Part shown: piece by piece, positions 11,757 through 21,296 of the stretch
Layout of the letters: each line of letters opens with the position of its first letter
Numbering within the stretch: position 1 is the stretch's first letter
NCBI GenBank assembly: GCA_040767195.1
Contig: JAXGPA010000003.1
Coordinates: 32,001 to 96,000, forward strand
Source of the DNA: Syntrophales bacterium
GTDB taxonomy: Bacteria; Desulfobacterota; Syntrophia; Syntrophales; UBA6807
Direction of reading: 5' to 3'
DNA: 64,000 nt
The notes under the pieces: generated by a model
Databases searched by the model: none
Seen by the model: only the letters and a program-made list of their open reading frames with translations
Told to the model about the DNA's origin: nothing
Program-made: the position numbers and the translations under genes

Positions 11757-12002
11757 CTATCTTCCGGAAAAACGACGAACCCCGGCATAGTAACAGCAGC
11801 AGGAATTGTCGATATTGTTGTCGAAGATCCGGGTGTGCCCGTCCCGAAAGGTGATCCGCACGAAGGAGACGCCCCCGAGAACGTTCGAATTCATCTCCTC
11901 GACGACTACGCCGAACCCCCATTCGGGATACCGGAGATGGGTGACCTGGTCCCCCGGTTTCAGGTACAGGCGGCGCGTCTCTTCTTTCATGAACGGGGAC
12001 AT
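11757..12002 (-). CDS. small conserved hypothetical protein (DUF3553-like, SH3-type fold)
   Basis: 81 aa, tightly packed between the DUF151 gene and xerC. Pattern LKPGDQVTHxxxPEWGFGVV...VRITF resembles DUF3553; ends SCCCYYAG. Confidence 0.6.
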   Translation of the reverse strand: MSPFMKEETRRLYLKPGDQVTHLRYPEWGFGVVVEEMNSNVLGGVSFVRITFRDGHTRIFDNNIDNSCCCYYAGVRRFSGR

Positions 12003-12006
12003 GGCG

Positions 12007-12507
12007 TTACATCTTGTATTTTCCGAAAGCCTCGGGAGACAGATTTTCCAGGATTTCCTTGAGTTTTTCCCTGGAATATTTACCCAGGTCCTCCGACTGG
12101 GCGCTGATGTCGATGTGGGTGGATTTTTCGATGACTTTCTCGTCCACGAAAATCGGTGCTTCCGCCCGGAGGGCCAGAGCGATGGCGTCGCTGGGGCGAG
12201 CGTCGATGGTTTTTTCCTTCCCATCCTTGAGACAGTGGATCAGGGCGAAAAAGGTGTTGTTCTTCAAGTCGTTTATGACGATTTTGACGACCTTGGCGTC
12301 CAGGGACTTGAGAACGTCGTGAAGAAGGTCGTGGGTCATGGGCCGGGCGAAGCTTATCTTTTCCATGACCGAAGCGATGGCGCTCGCCTCGAACAGCCCG
12401 ATCCAGATGGGAATGGCCTTGTTCTCGTCGAGATCCTTCAGGATCACGATGGGCGTGTTGGACATGGGGTCGATGGCCAGTCCGAACACCTTCATTTCAA
12501 CCAGCAT
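12007..12507 (-). CDS. bifunctional nuclease family protein (DUF151)
   Basis: IPIWIGLFEA, RPMTHDL, DARPSDAIALALR. Confidence 0.93.
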   Translation of the reverse strand: MLVEMKVFGLAIDPMSNTPIVILKDLDENKAIPIWIGLFEASAIASVMEKISFARPMTHDLLHDVLKSLDAKVVKIVINDLKNNTFFALIHCLKDGKEKTIDARPSDAIALALRAEAPIFVDEKVIEKSTHIDISAQSEDLGKYSREKLKEILENLSPEAFGKYKM

Positions 12508-13843
12508 GAGGGTCCTCCTCTACCTCCGTGTATTCACCCCGAAGGGAGTGGGCACAGGCCCTGGTGATCTCGACGGGAAGCGTTCTTCCGATCATGGCGG
12601 GCGTTCCCGGGAAATTGACGATTCTGTTCGTGCGGGTCCTGCCCGTCACATCCTCCGCGGCGTTCCGACTGAGTCCCTCGACGAGAACGGTCTCCGTCAT
12701 CCCTTCCCGCGAGCGGTTTCTCTCCAGGGTGTGTTTTTCCTGAAGCGCCTGGAGTTCCGTGAGCCGGGCCCCTTTGACCCTCTCCTCCACGTGGTCCTCG
12801 AAAGACGCCGCTTTCGTCCCTTCCCGGATAGAGTACTTGAAAGAGAAAGCGCCGTCAAATTTTACCGCGTTCATGAGATCCAGGGTGTCCCGGAAATCCC
12901 CTTCCTCTTCTCCGGGAAACCCGACGATGATATCTGTCGTAATGGCGATGGATGGGCATATTTCTTTGAGTTTCCTCACCTTCTCGAGGTATTGGGAAGC
13001 GCTGTAGCGGCGGTTCATCCGCTGAAGGACGCGGTCCGACCCCGACTGGACGGGAAGGTGAATGTGTTCGCAGAGCCTGTTCAGGGAACCGAAACATTCC
13101 ATGAGTTCCAGGGAAAGATCCTTGGGGTGTGACGTGGTGAACCGGATACGCTCCAGGGAAGGAATGCCGTCCAGTTCCCTGAGAAGCCGGGGAAAATTGT
13201 CGCCGTTTCCCAGGGTGTCGCCATAGGAGTTCACGTTCTGACCGAGCAGGGTGATTTCCTTGACCCCCCGGGCGGTGAGCGTTTCCACCTCGCGAAGAAC
13301 ATCCCCCAGGGGCCGGCTTTCTTCCCGGCCCCTGAGATGGGGGACGACACAGAAAGCGCAGAAGTTGTTGCAGCCCTGCATGATGGTCACATAGGCGGAC
13401 AGGCATTCCCGGCGGGGCGGGGCGATGATTCCGATGGAGGGCACCGATTCCCGGAAAGCCGTTTCCGCCAGGGGCCTTCCTTCCCGGCTGGCCTGCTCGA
13501 TCATGGCGGGGAGACGGTCGATGTTATGGGTTCCCAGGACCAGGTCCACCTGGGGGAACTGTTCCAGGAGGTCTTTGCCGTACTTCTGGGCCATGCAGCC
13601 CAAGACGGCGACGATACGGGAAGGGTTCCGCTCCTTGAGGCGTCGGTACCGGCCAAGGAGGCTCATGACCTTCTGCTCCGCCTTCCGGCGGATGCTGCAG
13701 GTGTTCACGATGAGAATATCCGCTGTCCCTGCTTCCGCCGTTTCCCCGTATCCCGCTCCCGTCAGGAGTTCCGCCGCCTGTTCCGAATCATGGACATTCA
13801 TCTGGCACCCGAAGGTGCGGATGTGAAAAGAAAGCTTTTTCAT
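12497..13843 (-). CDS. miaB: tRNA-2-methylthio-N6-dimethylallyladenosine synthase
   Basis: TFGCQMNVHDSE, NTCSIR, radical SAM motif GCNNFCAFC, DIIVGFPGE, C-terminal TRAM domain. Confidence 0.96.
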   Translation of the reverse strand: MKKLSFHIRTFGCQMNVHDSEQAAELLTGAGYGETAEAGTADILIVNTCSIRRKAEQKVMSLLGRYRRLKERNPSRIVAVLGCMAQKYGKDLLEQFPQVDLVLGTHNIDRLPAMIEQASREGRPLAETAFRESVPSIGIIAPPRRECLSAYVTIMQGCNNFCAFCVVPHLRGREESRPLGDVLREVETLTARGVKEITLLGQNVNSYGDTLGNGDNFPRLLRELDGIPSLERIRFTTSHPKDLSLELMECFGSLNRLCEHIHLPVQSGSDRVLQRMNRRYSASQYLEKVRKLKEICPSIAITTDIIVGFPGEEEGDFRDTLDLMNAVKFDGAFSFKYSIREGTKAASFEDHVEERVKGARLTELQALQEKHTLERNRSREGMTETVLVEGLSRNAAEDVTGRTRTNRIVNFPGTPAMIGRTLPVEITRACAHSLRGEYTEVEEDPHAG

Positions 13844-13861
13844 ATCACCCTTTTGAAACGC

Positions 13862-16015
13862 CTATTTCACGTGACGGAGAGAAATTTCCGTGTATCGGTG
13901 CTGCTTGAACTTGAATTTCTTTTCCCTGAAAAGCTTGAGACAGGCATCCACCACGTCGGGGTCATAGAGGATTCCCCGGTTTCTCGATATTTCCTCCAGC
14001 GCCGGCTTGAGCCCCAGGGCGGAGCGGTAAGGGCGGTGGGAAACCATGGCTTCGACCACGTCGGCGACGGCAAGAATGCGGGCTTCCAGAAGAATTTCCT
14101 CGCCGATGAGGCCCCTGGGATATCCCGTTCCGTTGACCCGTTCATGGTGCTGAAAGACGATCTGGTCGACGGGCCAGGGAAAATCGATATTCTTGAGAAT
14201 GTCGTAACCCACCTGGGGATGCACTTTCATCATGAGAAATTCGATGTCCGTGAGCATGTCGGGCTTGCTCAGGATTTCCGCGGGCTCGTAAATCTTTCCG
14301 ATGTCGTGGAGGGTGGCGGCCACGGTGATTCCATCGACCTTGTCCTCCGGGAGGCCCATTTCCTCGGCGATCGCCCGGGCCAGCTGGGTGACCCTCTGCT
14401 GATGTCCCGCCGTGTAAGGGTCCCTCTTTTCCGTCATGGAAGACAGGGCGTTCACCGTTTCCTCAAGCCGCCTCTGAAGCCTCTCGAAACTCCTGTCAAG
14501 TTCTTCCTGGGCCTGCTTGTGGGCCGTGATGTCCCGGACATACCCCATGTCCGCCGGCTGCTGATTGATGGAGATGATTCCGAAGGCGATTTCCACGTCC
14601 TTTTCACTGCCGCCCTTGCAGAGAACCTTCGTTTCGTAAAGCGGCAGGACGGTTCCCCCGGCCATGCGCATCTTGTATCTCTTGGCCACGAGTTTCCGGT
14701 ATTCCGGTGTGAAGATTTTCAGGAAGTGCATTCCCATGAGTTCCTCCACCGAGTATCCGGTGATGTCCGCCATGGCGCGGTTGGCGAATTTGAAGACTTC
14801 CTCCTGGATGATGACCACCCCGTACATGGCCTGCTCGACGACGGAAGAGTATTTCTCTTCGCTTTCCCGGAGCTGCTGTTCCTTTTCCTTACGGGTGGTG
14901 ATGTTTTCGTACACGACGACGATCCGCTTTTCCCTGAGGACACCGCCGACCCGGGCGGCGCTCACGTTGCAGACGATGGGATCGCCGTCCCGGGTGACGC
15001 AGGGGAATTCCTCGCTGTAGGTTTCATCGTGCTCCAGGACGGGGTAGAAATGCCTGCCTATTTTCTCGAAATCTTCGTCAGACCGGTAAAAGATCCGCGT
15101 CTTTTTCCCGATGACCTCTTCCGGTTCCCACCCGAAGACCGCTTTCACCGAGTCGTTGGCGAAGATGATCTGCCGGTTTTCCAGGCCGATGACGGCATGG
15201 GGGATGGCGTCCAGGATGGAAGATTCCATTTCCTGGACTTCCTCGAGGCGCAGCCGGGCCTCCCTCTCCCTCGTCACATCCATGGAGTTCCCCAGGATGG
15301 CCCGACGGCCGAAATAATCGATGGCCGTGACGTTCTCGAGAATCCAGATGACCTTGCCGTCCTTCGTGATCGTCCGGTGTTCGTAGGGGAAATGCCTGTC
15401 CCCCTTGAGCATCCGGATGGCGTTCTGGCGCACCATTTCCCGGTCGTCGGGGTGGACCAGGTGCTCCGAGTCCATTCCGATGAGTTCTTCCTTGGTGTAT
15501 CCCGAATGCTCCGACATGTAGGGGTTTACGAAAACGAATTTCTTGTCCTGGATGACGTAAACGCCCGCCTGGGAACTGTGGGCCAGCTTGCTGTAAAGCT
15601 CCTCCGCCTGTTTCTGGTCGCTCCGGTCCTGGATGATGCCATGATAGCCTGTAATTTTACCGTTCTGCCGGCGGACGGCCATGTTCATACTGCAGTCGAT
15701 GACCCGGCCGTTCTTGCTTTTCAGCCGGACGGGGTAGTTTCGGATGTAACCCGTCGACTCGATTTCCTTCATGAAAACCCGCCGGTCCTTGGGGTTGGCG
15801 TAGAGGCTGCGGACATTGAGCGCCTTCAGCTCATCGGGCGTATAGCCGAAGAGGTCCAGGGCGGCCTGGTTGAAATTGACGAGACGCCCCTGCCGGCTGG
15901 TGGTGATCATGGCGTCCCGGGACTCTTCGATGAGTGTCCGGCACTTGGCCTCGCTTTCCCGGAGGTAGTTCAGTTCCTCCAGGAGCTGCTTCCTCGTTTT
16001 CTTTTCGTCCTTCAT
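13862..16015 (-). CDS. multi-PAS HD-GYP cyclic-di-GMP phosphodiesterase
   Basis: Four PAS-like repeats, then RDPYTAGHQQRV, HDIGK, HHERVNGTGYP, ADVVEAMVSHRPYR. Confidence 0.93.
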   Translation of the reverse strand: MKDEKKTRKQLLEELNYLRESEAKCRTLIEESRDAMITTSRQGRLVNFNQAALDLFGYTPDELKALNVRSLYANPKDRRVFMKEIESTGYIRNYPVRLKSKNGRVIDCSMNMAVRRQNGKITGYHGIIQDRSDQKQAEELYSKLAHSSQAGVYVIQDKKFVFVNPYMSEHSGYTKEELIGMDSEHLVHPDDREMVRQNAIRMLKGDRHFPYEHRTITKDGKVIWILENVTAIDYFGRRAILGNSMDVTREREARLRLEEVQEMESSILDAIPHAVIGLENRQIIFANDSVKAVFGWEPEEVIGKKTRIFYRSDEDFEKIGRHFYPVLEHDETYSEEFPCVTRDGDPIVCNVSAARVGGVLREKRIVVVYENITTRKEKEQQLRESEEKYSSVVEQAMYGVVIIQEEVFKFANRAMADITGYSVEELMGMHFLKIFTPEYRKLVAKRYKMRMAGGTVLPLYETKVLCKGGSEKDVEIAFGIISINQQPADMGYVRDITAHKQAQEELDRSFERLQRRLEETVNALSSMTEKRDPYTAGHQQRVTQLARAIAEEMGLPEDKVDGITVAATLHDIGKIYEPAEILSKPDMLTDIEFLMMKVHPQVGYDILKNIDFPWPVDQIVFQHHERVNGTGYPRGLIGEEILLEARILAVADVVEAMVSHRPYRSALGLKPALEEISRNRGILYDPDVVDACLKLFREKKFKFKQHRYTEISLRHVK

Positions 16016-16041
16016 GGTCGTCCTCGAGGGAAAAGCGTTTC

Positions 16042-17457
16042 TCAAGTCTTGGGATCACCGCGGTAAGTGTCGAACCCGTCCCGCGTCTTCGCCTTGACCG
16101 CATACATGGCCTTGTCCGCCCCTTTCATCAGCCTTTCGAGATCCTCACCGTGATCGGGATAAAGAGCGATTCCCAGGCTTATGGTGACGGAAAGAGAGTC
16201 CTCTTCTATCAAAAAAGGACGCCGGAACGCTTCGACGATTTTGCCCGCCGTGTTTTCCGCGTCCTTCTGCGAGCGGATTTCCTGAAGCAGGAGAATGAAC
16301 TCGTCGCCGCCCATGCGGGCCACCAGGTCTTCCGTCCGAACCGATTCCTGGAGACGTTTTCCGACGGCCTGCAGGAGGAGGTCCCCTGTCTTGTGCCCCA
16401 GGGTGTCGTTAATCTCCTTGAACTTGTCCAGGTCGAGGAGAAGGACGGCCATTTTTTCCCCGTAACGGGACGCCCGGGCCCGGGCCAGGAGGAACTGCTC
16501 GCTGAAGAGAAAACGGTTGGGGACACCCGTGAGGGGGTCGTGGTAAGCCAGTTTCCGGATCTCTTCCTCGGCCCTGACCCGTTCCGTGATGTCCCTGACG
16601 AAACCCATGTCGGCGGGTTTTTCTCCGAAGGGAATGACGGTGAAGGATATTTCCACGTTCCGGACGGATCCGTCCTGCCGCTGAATTTTTGTTTCGTATA
16701 CGGGAGGGGGCGCGGGGCCCCCGGAAAGGCGCATTTCGTACCTCTCGTGGATCAGGTGCCGCTGATCCGCCGTAAAGAGGTCCAGGAACGGTTTTTCCGT
16801 CAGTTCATGGACGGGGAACCCGGAGATTTCCGCCATGGCCGGGTTGGCGTATTTAAAGAGGTAATCCTGGATAATCACGATCCCGTCGCGGGTGCTTTCC
16901 ACCACCGTGGCGTACTTTTCTTCGCTTTCCCTGAGTTTTTCCTCCGTTTCCTTCCGTTCGATGATCCTTCCGAGGCGCTCGGCGACGGCCCAGACGAGCT
17001 TGACCTCGCTTTCCTCGAAAAGGGAAGACGGGCTGCGGGGAGGCTCTTCCAGGTAATTGACTTCGAGAAACCCGACGGCGCGGCCCCACGCGTGCACAGG
17101 GCGGACAAGCTTCCAGGGGGTTTCCCGGAAACGGCTGGTGCGATACGTTTTTCCCGACACGAAGAGACGGGCGGAAACGATGTCCTTCAGCTCCATGGCG
17201 CCGGGAAGGAGCCCCACCGTTCCCGCCAGGAGGTCTTCCAGGGGGCCCTTTTTTTCGACGAGGTCGGAAAGGGCGTACAGGCAGTCTAGTTCCCGGAGCC
17301 GCTTTTCCAGTTCCCGGGTTTTTTCAAGCAGGGCGTCCTCGGCGTTCATGCACTGGAGTTCGAGAGTTTCCCACTGGGCCCTTCTCTGGCGCATTCTTTC
17401 CAGGGCCTCGAGAAGCTGTTCACGGGTCAAGTCCGTCATCTGCTGCGTCACAGCCAT
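16042..17457 (-). CDS. PAS-domain diguanylate cyclase
   Basis: DPLTGVPNR, DLDKFKEINDTLGH, intact GGDEF with an RxxD I-site (RTED), ADKAMY. Start uncertain (17457 or 17490). Confidence 0.93.
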   Translation of the reverse strand: MAVTQQMTDLTREQLLEALERMRQRRAQWETLELQCMNAEDALLEKTRELEKRLRELDCLYALSDLVEKKGPLEDLLAGTVGLLPGAMELKDIVSARLFVSGKTYRTSRFRETPWKLVRPVHAWGRAVGFLEVNYLEEPPRSPSSLFEESEVKLVWAVAERLGRIIERKETEEKLRESEEKYATVVESTRDGIVIIQDYLFKYANPAMAEISGFPVHELTEKPFLDLFTADQRHLIHERYEMRLSGGPAPPPVYETKIQRQDGSVRNVEISFTVIPFGEKPADMGFVRDITERVRAEEEIRKLAYHDPLTGVPNRFLFSEQFLLARARASRYGEKMAVLLLDLDKFKEINDTLGHKTGDLLLQAVGKRLQESVRTEDLVARMGGDEFILLLQEIRSQKDAENTAGKIVEAFRRPFLIEEDSLSVTISLGIALYPDHGEDLERLMKGADKAMYAVKAKTRDGFDTYRGDPKT

Positions 17458-17604
17458 CCCTTTCATGCCTTTTGCGACTGGAATCACCATTTAAGATAAC
17501 ATCGACCATTTAAAAAAGCGATCTTTTAGCACCTTTCGGACGCATGGACCCCCCCGGCGGGGCCGGGGCACCGAACGCCTCTTTTTTTTCCGGGCACAGG
17601 CCTT

Positions 17605-17768
17605 GATGAACTCGTAAAAACTAGAAAAATGTTCAGTTACCGACGGCTTTGAAAAAAGATCCGGAGGCAGAGCGCCCAAATCCCGAGGAATGAGAAGTAC
17701 TTATCGGTACGTTGCCATGACGGGGGATGAAGGGCAACACGGCATAGGGACTTTTTGAGAAGTCGTCA
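17605..17768. repeat. 164-bp palindromic MITE/REP-like element, copy 1
   Basis: Aligns without gaps to 22470-22633 (about 85% identity by manual count). Begins GATGAACTCGTAAAAA and ends TTTTTGAGAAGTCGTCA (imperfect terminal inverted repeat). Confidence 0.85.
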
Positions 17769-17873
17769 GCCTTTGTTGTTGATAAAATAAAGCCTGTTTC
17801 ATATATACTATTCACCCATACGAGTAAAGGCAACCCCTGGAGAAAACACCCCTGGAAGCCCTGGAGGCAACCG

Positions 17874-18593
17874 ATGATCGACCGGAAAAAGGACCGGGAG
17901 ACGGGACGGACCGCTACCATCCTCGGCTGGAAAGGCCACAGGAAGCGGCTGAAAGAGAGGTTCCGATTACACGGACTGTCTTCCCTGCATGATTATGAAG
18001 CCCTCGAGCTGCTTCTCTTTTATGCCGTCCCGAGGAAGGATGTAAAACCTCTGGCCAAGGGGCTTATCTTAGCCTTCGGCGGGCTCAGGGGGGTTTTTGA
18101 CGCCTCTTTCGAGGATCTCAAAAAGATCCCCGGCATGGGGGAAAATGCTTCCCTTCTTCTTCCCCTTGTCAAGGCGCTGGGAAGCGCTTACCTGAAGGAG
18201 CGGGCCCTGGAAGGGGAACAGCTTTCCTGCACGGAAGATCTTGTGAGATACTGCATGGCCTCCATGGGAGGCCTGAAGGACGAGCGTTTTACCGTCATTT
18301 TTCTCAACACTCGAAACCGGATCATCGAGGTGGAAGACATCCAGGACGGCACGGTGAACCAGGCTGTCGTCTATCCCCGGAAGATCCTTGAAAAAGCCCT
18401 TCAGCACAAGGCTTCGGCCATGATCCTCGTGCACAACCACCCCTCGGGGAACACAGCGCCCTCGGAAGCGGATGTCCGCCTCACCCGGGCCGTCCAGGAA
18501 ACGGCAAAAATTCTGGATATCCGGATCCACGATCACCTGATCATCGGCGGAAACCGGTATTTCAGTTTCCGCGGGGAAGGGTTGCTTTCCTGA
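17874..18593 (+). CDS. radC: RadC/UPF0758 family JAB-domain protein
   Basis: GHRKRLKERF, HhH region, GTVNQAVVYPR, HNHPSG...PSEAD, DHLII. Confidence 0.93.
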   Translation: MIDRKKDRETGRTATILGWKGHRKRLKERFRLHGLSSLHDYEALELLLFYAVPRKDVKPLAKGLILAFGGLRGVFDASFEDLKKIPGMGENASLLLPLVKALGSAYLKERALEGEQLSCTEDLVRYCMASMGGLKDERFTVIFLNTRNRIIEVEDIQDGTVNQAVVYPRKILEKALQHKASAMILVHNHPSGNTAPSEADVRLTRAVQETAKILDIRIHDHLIIGGNRYFSFRGEGLLS

Positions 18594-18692
18594 TCGCCTG
18601 AAAATGCGCCTCCGCCCGGACCGATGCGCCGAAAGAGGGACGCTGCTTTAGCGAACGGCGGGGGAACGCCGCCGGGAAATGTCGTTTTAGCT

Positions 18693-18712
18693 GTTTTTAC
18701 GAGTTCATCAAG
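18693..18712 (-). repeat. isolated repeat end (reverse complement CTTGATGAACTCGTAAAAAC)
   Basis: Perfect 20-bp reverse complement of 17602-17621. Confidence 0.75.
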
Positions 18713-18890
18713 ATTCGGCCGGCTACAGAAAAGGAAAAAGGGCAGGGGATGCAAGCGGCGGGACGGGATGGCGTCGTCCCCTGAAAAAAGAGGAGAAAAG
18801 GCCACACCCTTTCTCCTCCTCCGTGTCACCGTATCCGAAAGCCCGGCTTTCAAACCTCGGTTTTTTCAGCCGGAGCCCGGAAGCTCAGCT

Positions 18891-19172
18891 TCATTTACCC
18901 TGATTGACCATCTCCTTGAGTTCTTTTCCGACCTTGAAAAAGGGGAGTCGCTTCGGGTCCACTTTGATCGTTCCCCCCGTCTTCGGGTTTCTGCCCATGT
19001 AAGCGCCGTAGGCCCTGACAACGAAGCTGCCAAAGCCGCGGATCTCGATACGGCCCTCGTTCCGCAGTTCGTCGGTGAAGCTCTTGAAAATGAGATTGAC
19101 CACGTCCGTCGCCTGCCGTTCCGTGAGGTTTTCCTTTTTGCTCAGCGCTTCGATCAACTGTGACTTGTTCAT
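18891..19172 (-). CDS. ihfB: integration host factor beta-like / HU family DNA-binding protein
   Basis: MNKSQLIE, RIEIRGFGSF, GRNPKTG, PFFKVGKELK. Confidence 0.8.
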   Translation of the reverse strand: MNKSQLIEALSKKENLTERQATDVVNLIFKSFTDELRNEGRIEIRGFGSFVVRAYGAYMGRNPKTGGTIKVDPKRLPFFKVGKELKEMVNQGK

Positions 19173-19269
19173 ATGACCCCCTGGTATGGACATTCTTCCG
19201 AAAGAATAAGAGTTTCGCCAAAATTTCAATATCTTTTAATGGCTTTACTTCTCATTGTCAAGAAAATTT

Positions 19270-20001
19270 TCACTTTTTCCCCGTCGGTGCGGGCAGAAAG
19301 GATGCGATGTCTTTTTTCTCGAGAAACCGGTATTGTGCCGGCTTCATGCCTTCCAGAAGAATGCCGCCGACGGCCGTCCGGATCAGGCGGGTCACGGGAT
19401 GGCCGAAATGTTCGAAATACCGGCGGATGACACGGTTTTTTCCCTCGTGGATGACAACACGGAACCAGGTGCTTCCGGGATTCCGTTTTTCCGCGGATAT
19501 CTCGACGGGCCTGAAGAAACCGTCGTCGAGGTCCGTGCCTTTCCGGAGAGCCGACTGGACCGGTTCCGACACGGCGCCTTTCACCTTCACGTAGTACTCC
19601 TTGGGAATTTCGTGCCTGGGATGCTGTATCAGCTGGGCGAACTCGCCGTCATTGGTGAGCAGAAGAAGGCCTTCCGAGTCGTAATCCAGCCTCCCCACGG
19701 GGAAGACCCGCGAGGGGGTTTTCTTCAAAAGATCGGCCACCGTGGGCCTGCCCTGGGGATCGCTCATGGTTGTCACGTATCCTGGTGGCTTGTGCAAGGC
19801 GATGTAGATCAGTCGTGGCCTCTCGGGCAGAATGCGTTTCCCGTCCACGCGGATCTCGTCTTTTTGCGCATCCGCTTTGCTTCCCGGCTGGGTCAGGATC
19901 CGCCCGTTCACGGTGACCCGCCCTTCCGCGATCATCCGTTCCGCCTTGCGCCGCGAGGCGATTCCCGCCCGGGAAAGGATTTTGTGGATCCGTTCATCCA
20001 T
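19270..20001 (-). CDS. rluB: 23S rRNA pseudouridine synthase (RluB/RsuA family, S4 domain)
   Basis: S4 motif ERIHKILSRAGIASRR, catalytic VGRLD..SEGLLLLTNDG, EGKNR. Located downstream of scpAB. Confidence 0.88.
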   Translation of the reverse strand: MDERIHKILSRAGIASRRKAERMIAEGRVTVNGRILTQPGSKADAQKDEIRVDGKRILPERPRLIYIALHKPPGYVTTMSDPQGRPTVADLLKKTPSRVFPVGRLDYDSEGLLLLTNDGEFAQLIQHPRHEIPKEYYVKVKGAVSEPVQSALRKGTDLDDGFFRPVEISAEKRNPGSTWFRVVIHEGKNRVIRRYFEHFGHPVTRLIRTAVGGILLEGMKPAQYRFLEKKDIASFLPAPTGKK

Positions 20002-20053
20002 TTGGATCAGTGCCTCCAACCAGGGCAGGTCCAAAACGGTGTTGAAAACGTTT

Positions 20054-20578
20054 TCATGGAGCGGTCATGTCCTTCCAGTCACGGAGCGTCGGAAGCTCGG
20101 AGAGATCACGGAGATGAAACAGTTCGAGAAACCGGGCCGTCGTCGCGTAAATAATGGGTTTTCCCGGGATGTCTTTCCTCCCGGCGACCCGCACCAGGTT
20201 TTTTTCCAGGAGATTTCTCAGTGTTCCCGAGCTGTCTACGCCTCGAATGACGTCGATTTCGGCTTTCACGACGGGCTGCCGATAGGCGATGATGGCCAGG
20301 GTTTCCAGGGCGGCCCGGCTGAGGGTGAAGGGACGTTCCTTCCGGAATCGGCGGACCCACTCGCGGACGCTTTCCCGCGTCCGGATCTGGTAGCCCCCGG
20401 ACACCTCGGCGACATAGAGTCCCCCTTCCCGGGAGCGGTAATCCTCGACGAGGGATTTCAGGGCCCCCCGGATACGGTCTTCATCCCACTCGGGCAGCAG
20501 GTTCTTGAGGCGCTGGAAGGGCACCGGGGTGTCGGAAACAAAAATCAGCGCTTCAAGAATGGTTTTGAGATCCTCCAT
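20054..20578 (-). CDS. scpB: segregation and condensation protein B
   Basis: LEALIF, LSRAALETLAIIAYRQP, IRGV, PGKP..YATT..FLE.F.L..L.ELP. Confidence 0.95.
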   Translation of the reverse strand: MEDLKTILEALIFVSDTPVPFQRLKNLLPEWDEDRIRGALKSLVEDYRSREGGLYVAEVSGGYQIRTRESVREWVRRFRKERPFTLSRAALETLAIIAYRQPVVKAEIDVIRGVDSSGTLRNLLEKNLVRVAGRKDIPGKPIIYATTARFLELFHLRDLSELPTLRDWKDMTAP

Positions 20579-21296
20579 GGCTCACTCCGGGACGGATACG
20601 GATCGTTTCGTAAGGGCCTGCCTGAAAGGCTTTCACGATCCGCAGCTTGATGAGCTCGAGAAGGGCCAGGAAGGTGTAAATGACGCGGGTACGATCCTGG
20701 GCGTTTTCGAGCAGTTCCTTGAAGGTGAAAGACCCTTTCCGGTTAAGCAGTTCCAGGATTTCCTGGATCCTGTCCGTTACCGAGAGGGTTTCCCGGCTCA
20801 CCTCCATGCCGTCGCCCTCTTTCCATCGTCCGAGAACGTCGCGGAAAGCCTCAACCAGCTCGAAAACGGTTATTTCCCTTACCAGTTCTCTCTCCGGTGC
20901 GGGTTCCGCGATGGGAGAGGCCCCCCGGGGGAAGACGTCCCGGTGGAGAAGGGGCATGGTGTCCATGGCCAGGGCGGCTTTCTTGAATGTTTCGTATTCG
21001 AGGAGCTGCCTTGCCAGGTCCATGCGCGGGTCCTCTTCGGCTTCCCCGTTTTCCCCCGTTTCGTGGACCGGCAGGAGCATCCTCGATTTGATGTGGAGGA
21101 GGGTGGACGCCATGACGAGGTAGTCGCTGGCGATGTCGAGATTAAGCGTGCTCATCCGGTCGAGGTGCTGGAAGTACTGCTCCGTGATGACGGCGATGGG
21201 GATGTCGTAGATGTCGACTTCGTTTTTCCGGATCAGGTAGAGGAGGAGATCCAGGGGACCTTCAAATATGTTCAGGCGGATTTCATAGCCTGTCAT
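20553..21296 (-). CDS. scpA: segregation and condensation protein A (kleisin)
   Basis: FEGPLDLLLYLI, YLVMASTLLHIKSRMLLP, TFLALLEL. Confidence 0.96.
   Translation of the reverse strand: MTGYEIRLNIFEGPLDLLLYLIRKNEVDIYDIPIAVITEQYFQHLDRMSTLNLDIASDYLVMASTLLHIKSRMLLPVHETGENGEAEEDPRMDLARQLLEYETFKKAALAMDTMPLLHRDVFPRGASPIAEPAPERELVREITVFELVEAFRDVLGRWKEGDGMEVSRETLSVTDRIQEILELLNRKGSFTFKELLENAQDRTRVIYTFLALLELIKLRIVKAFQAGPYETIRIRPGVSHGGSQNHS

Noticed and set aside
13337..16066. 909-aa + strand ORF, and similar long ORFs such as 23966-26395, 1490-3148 and 28174-29715
   Set aside because: They lie antisense to clearly recognisable genes and have no motifs. Such shadow ORFs are expected in high-GC coding DNA.
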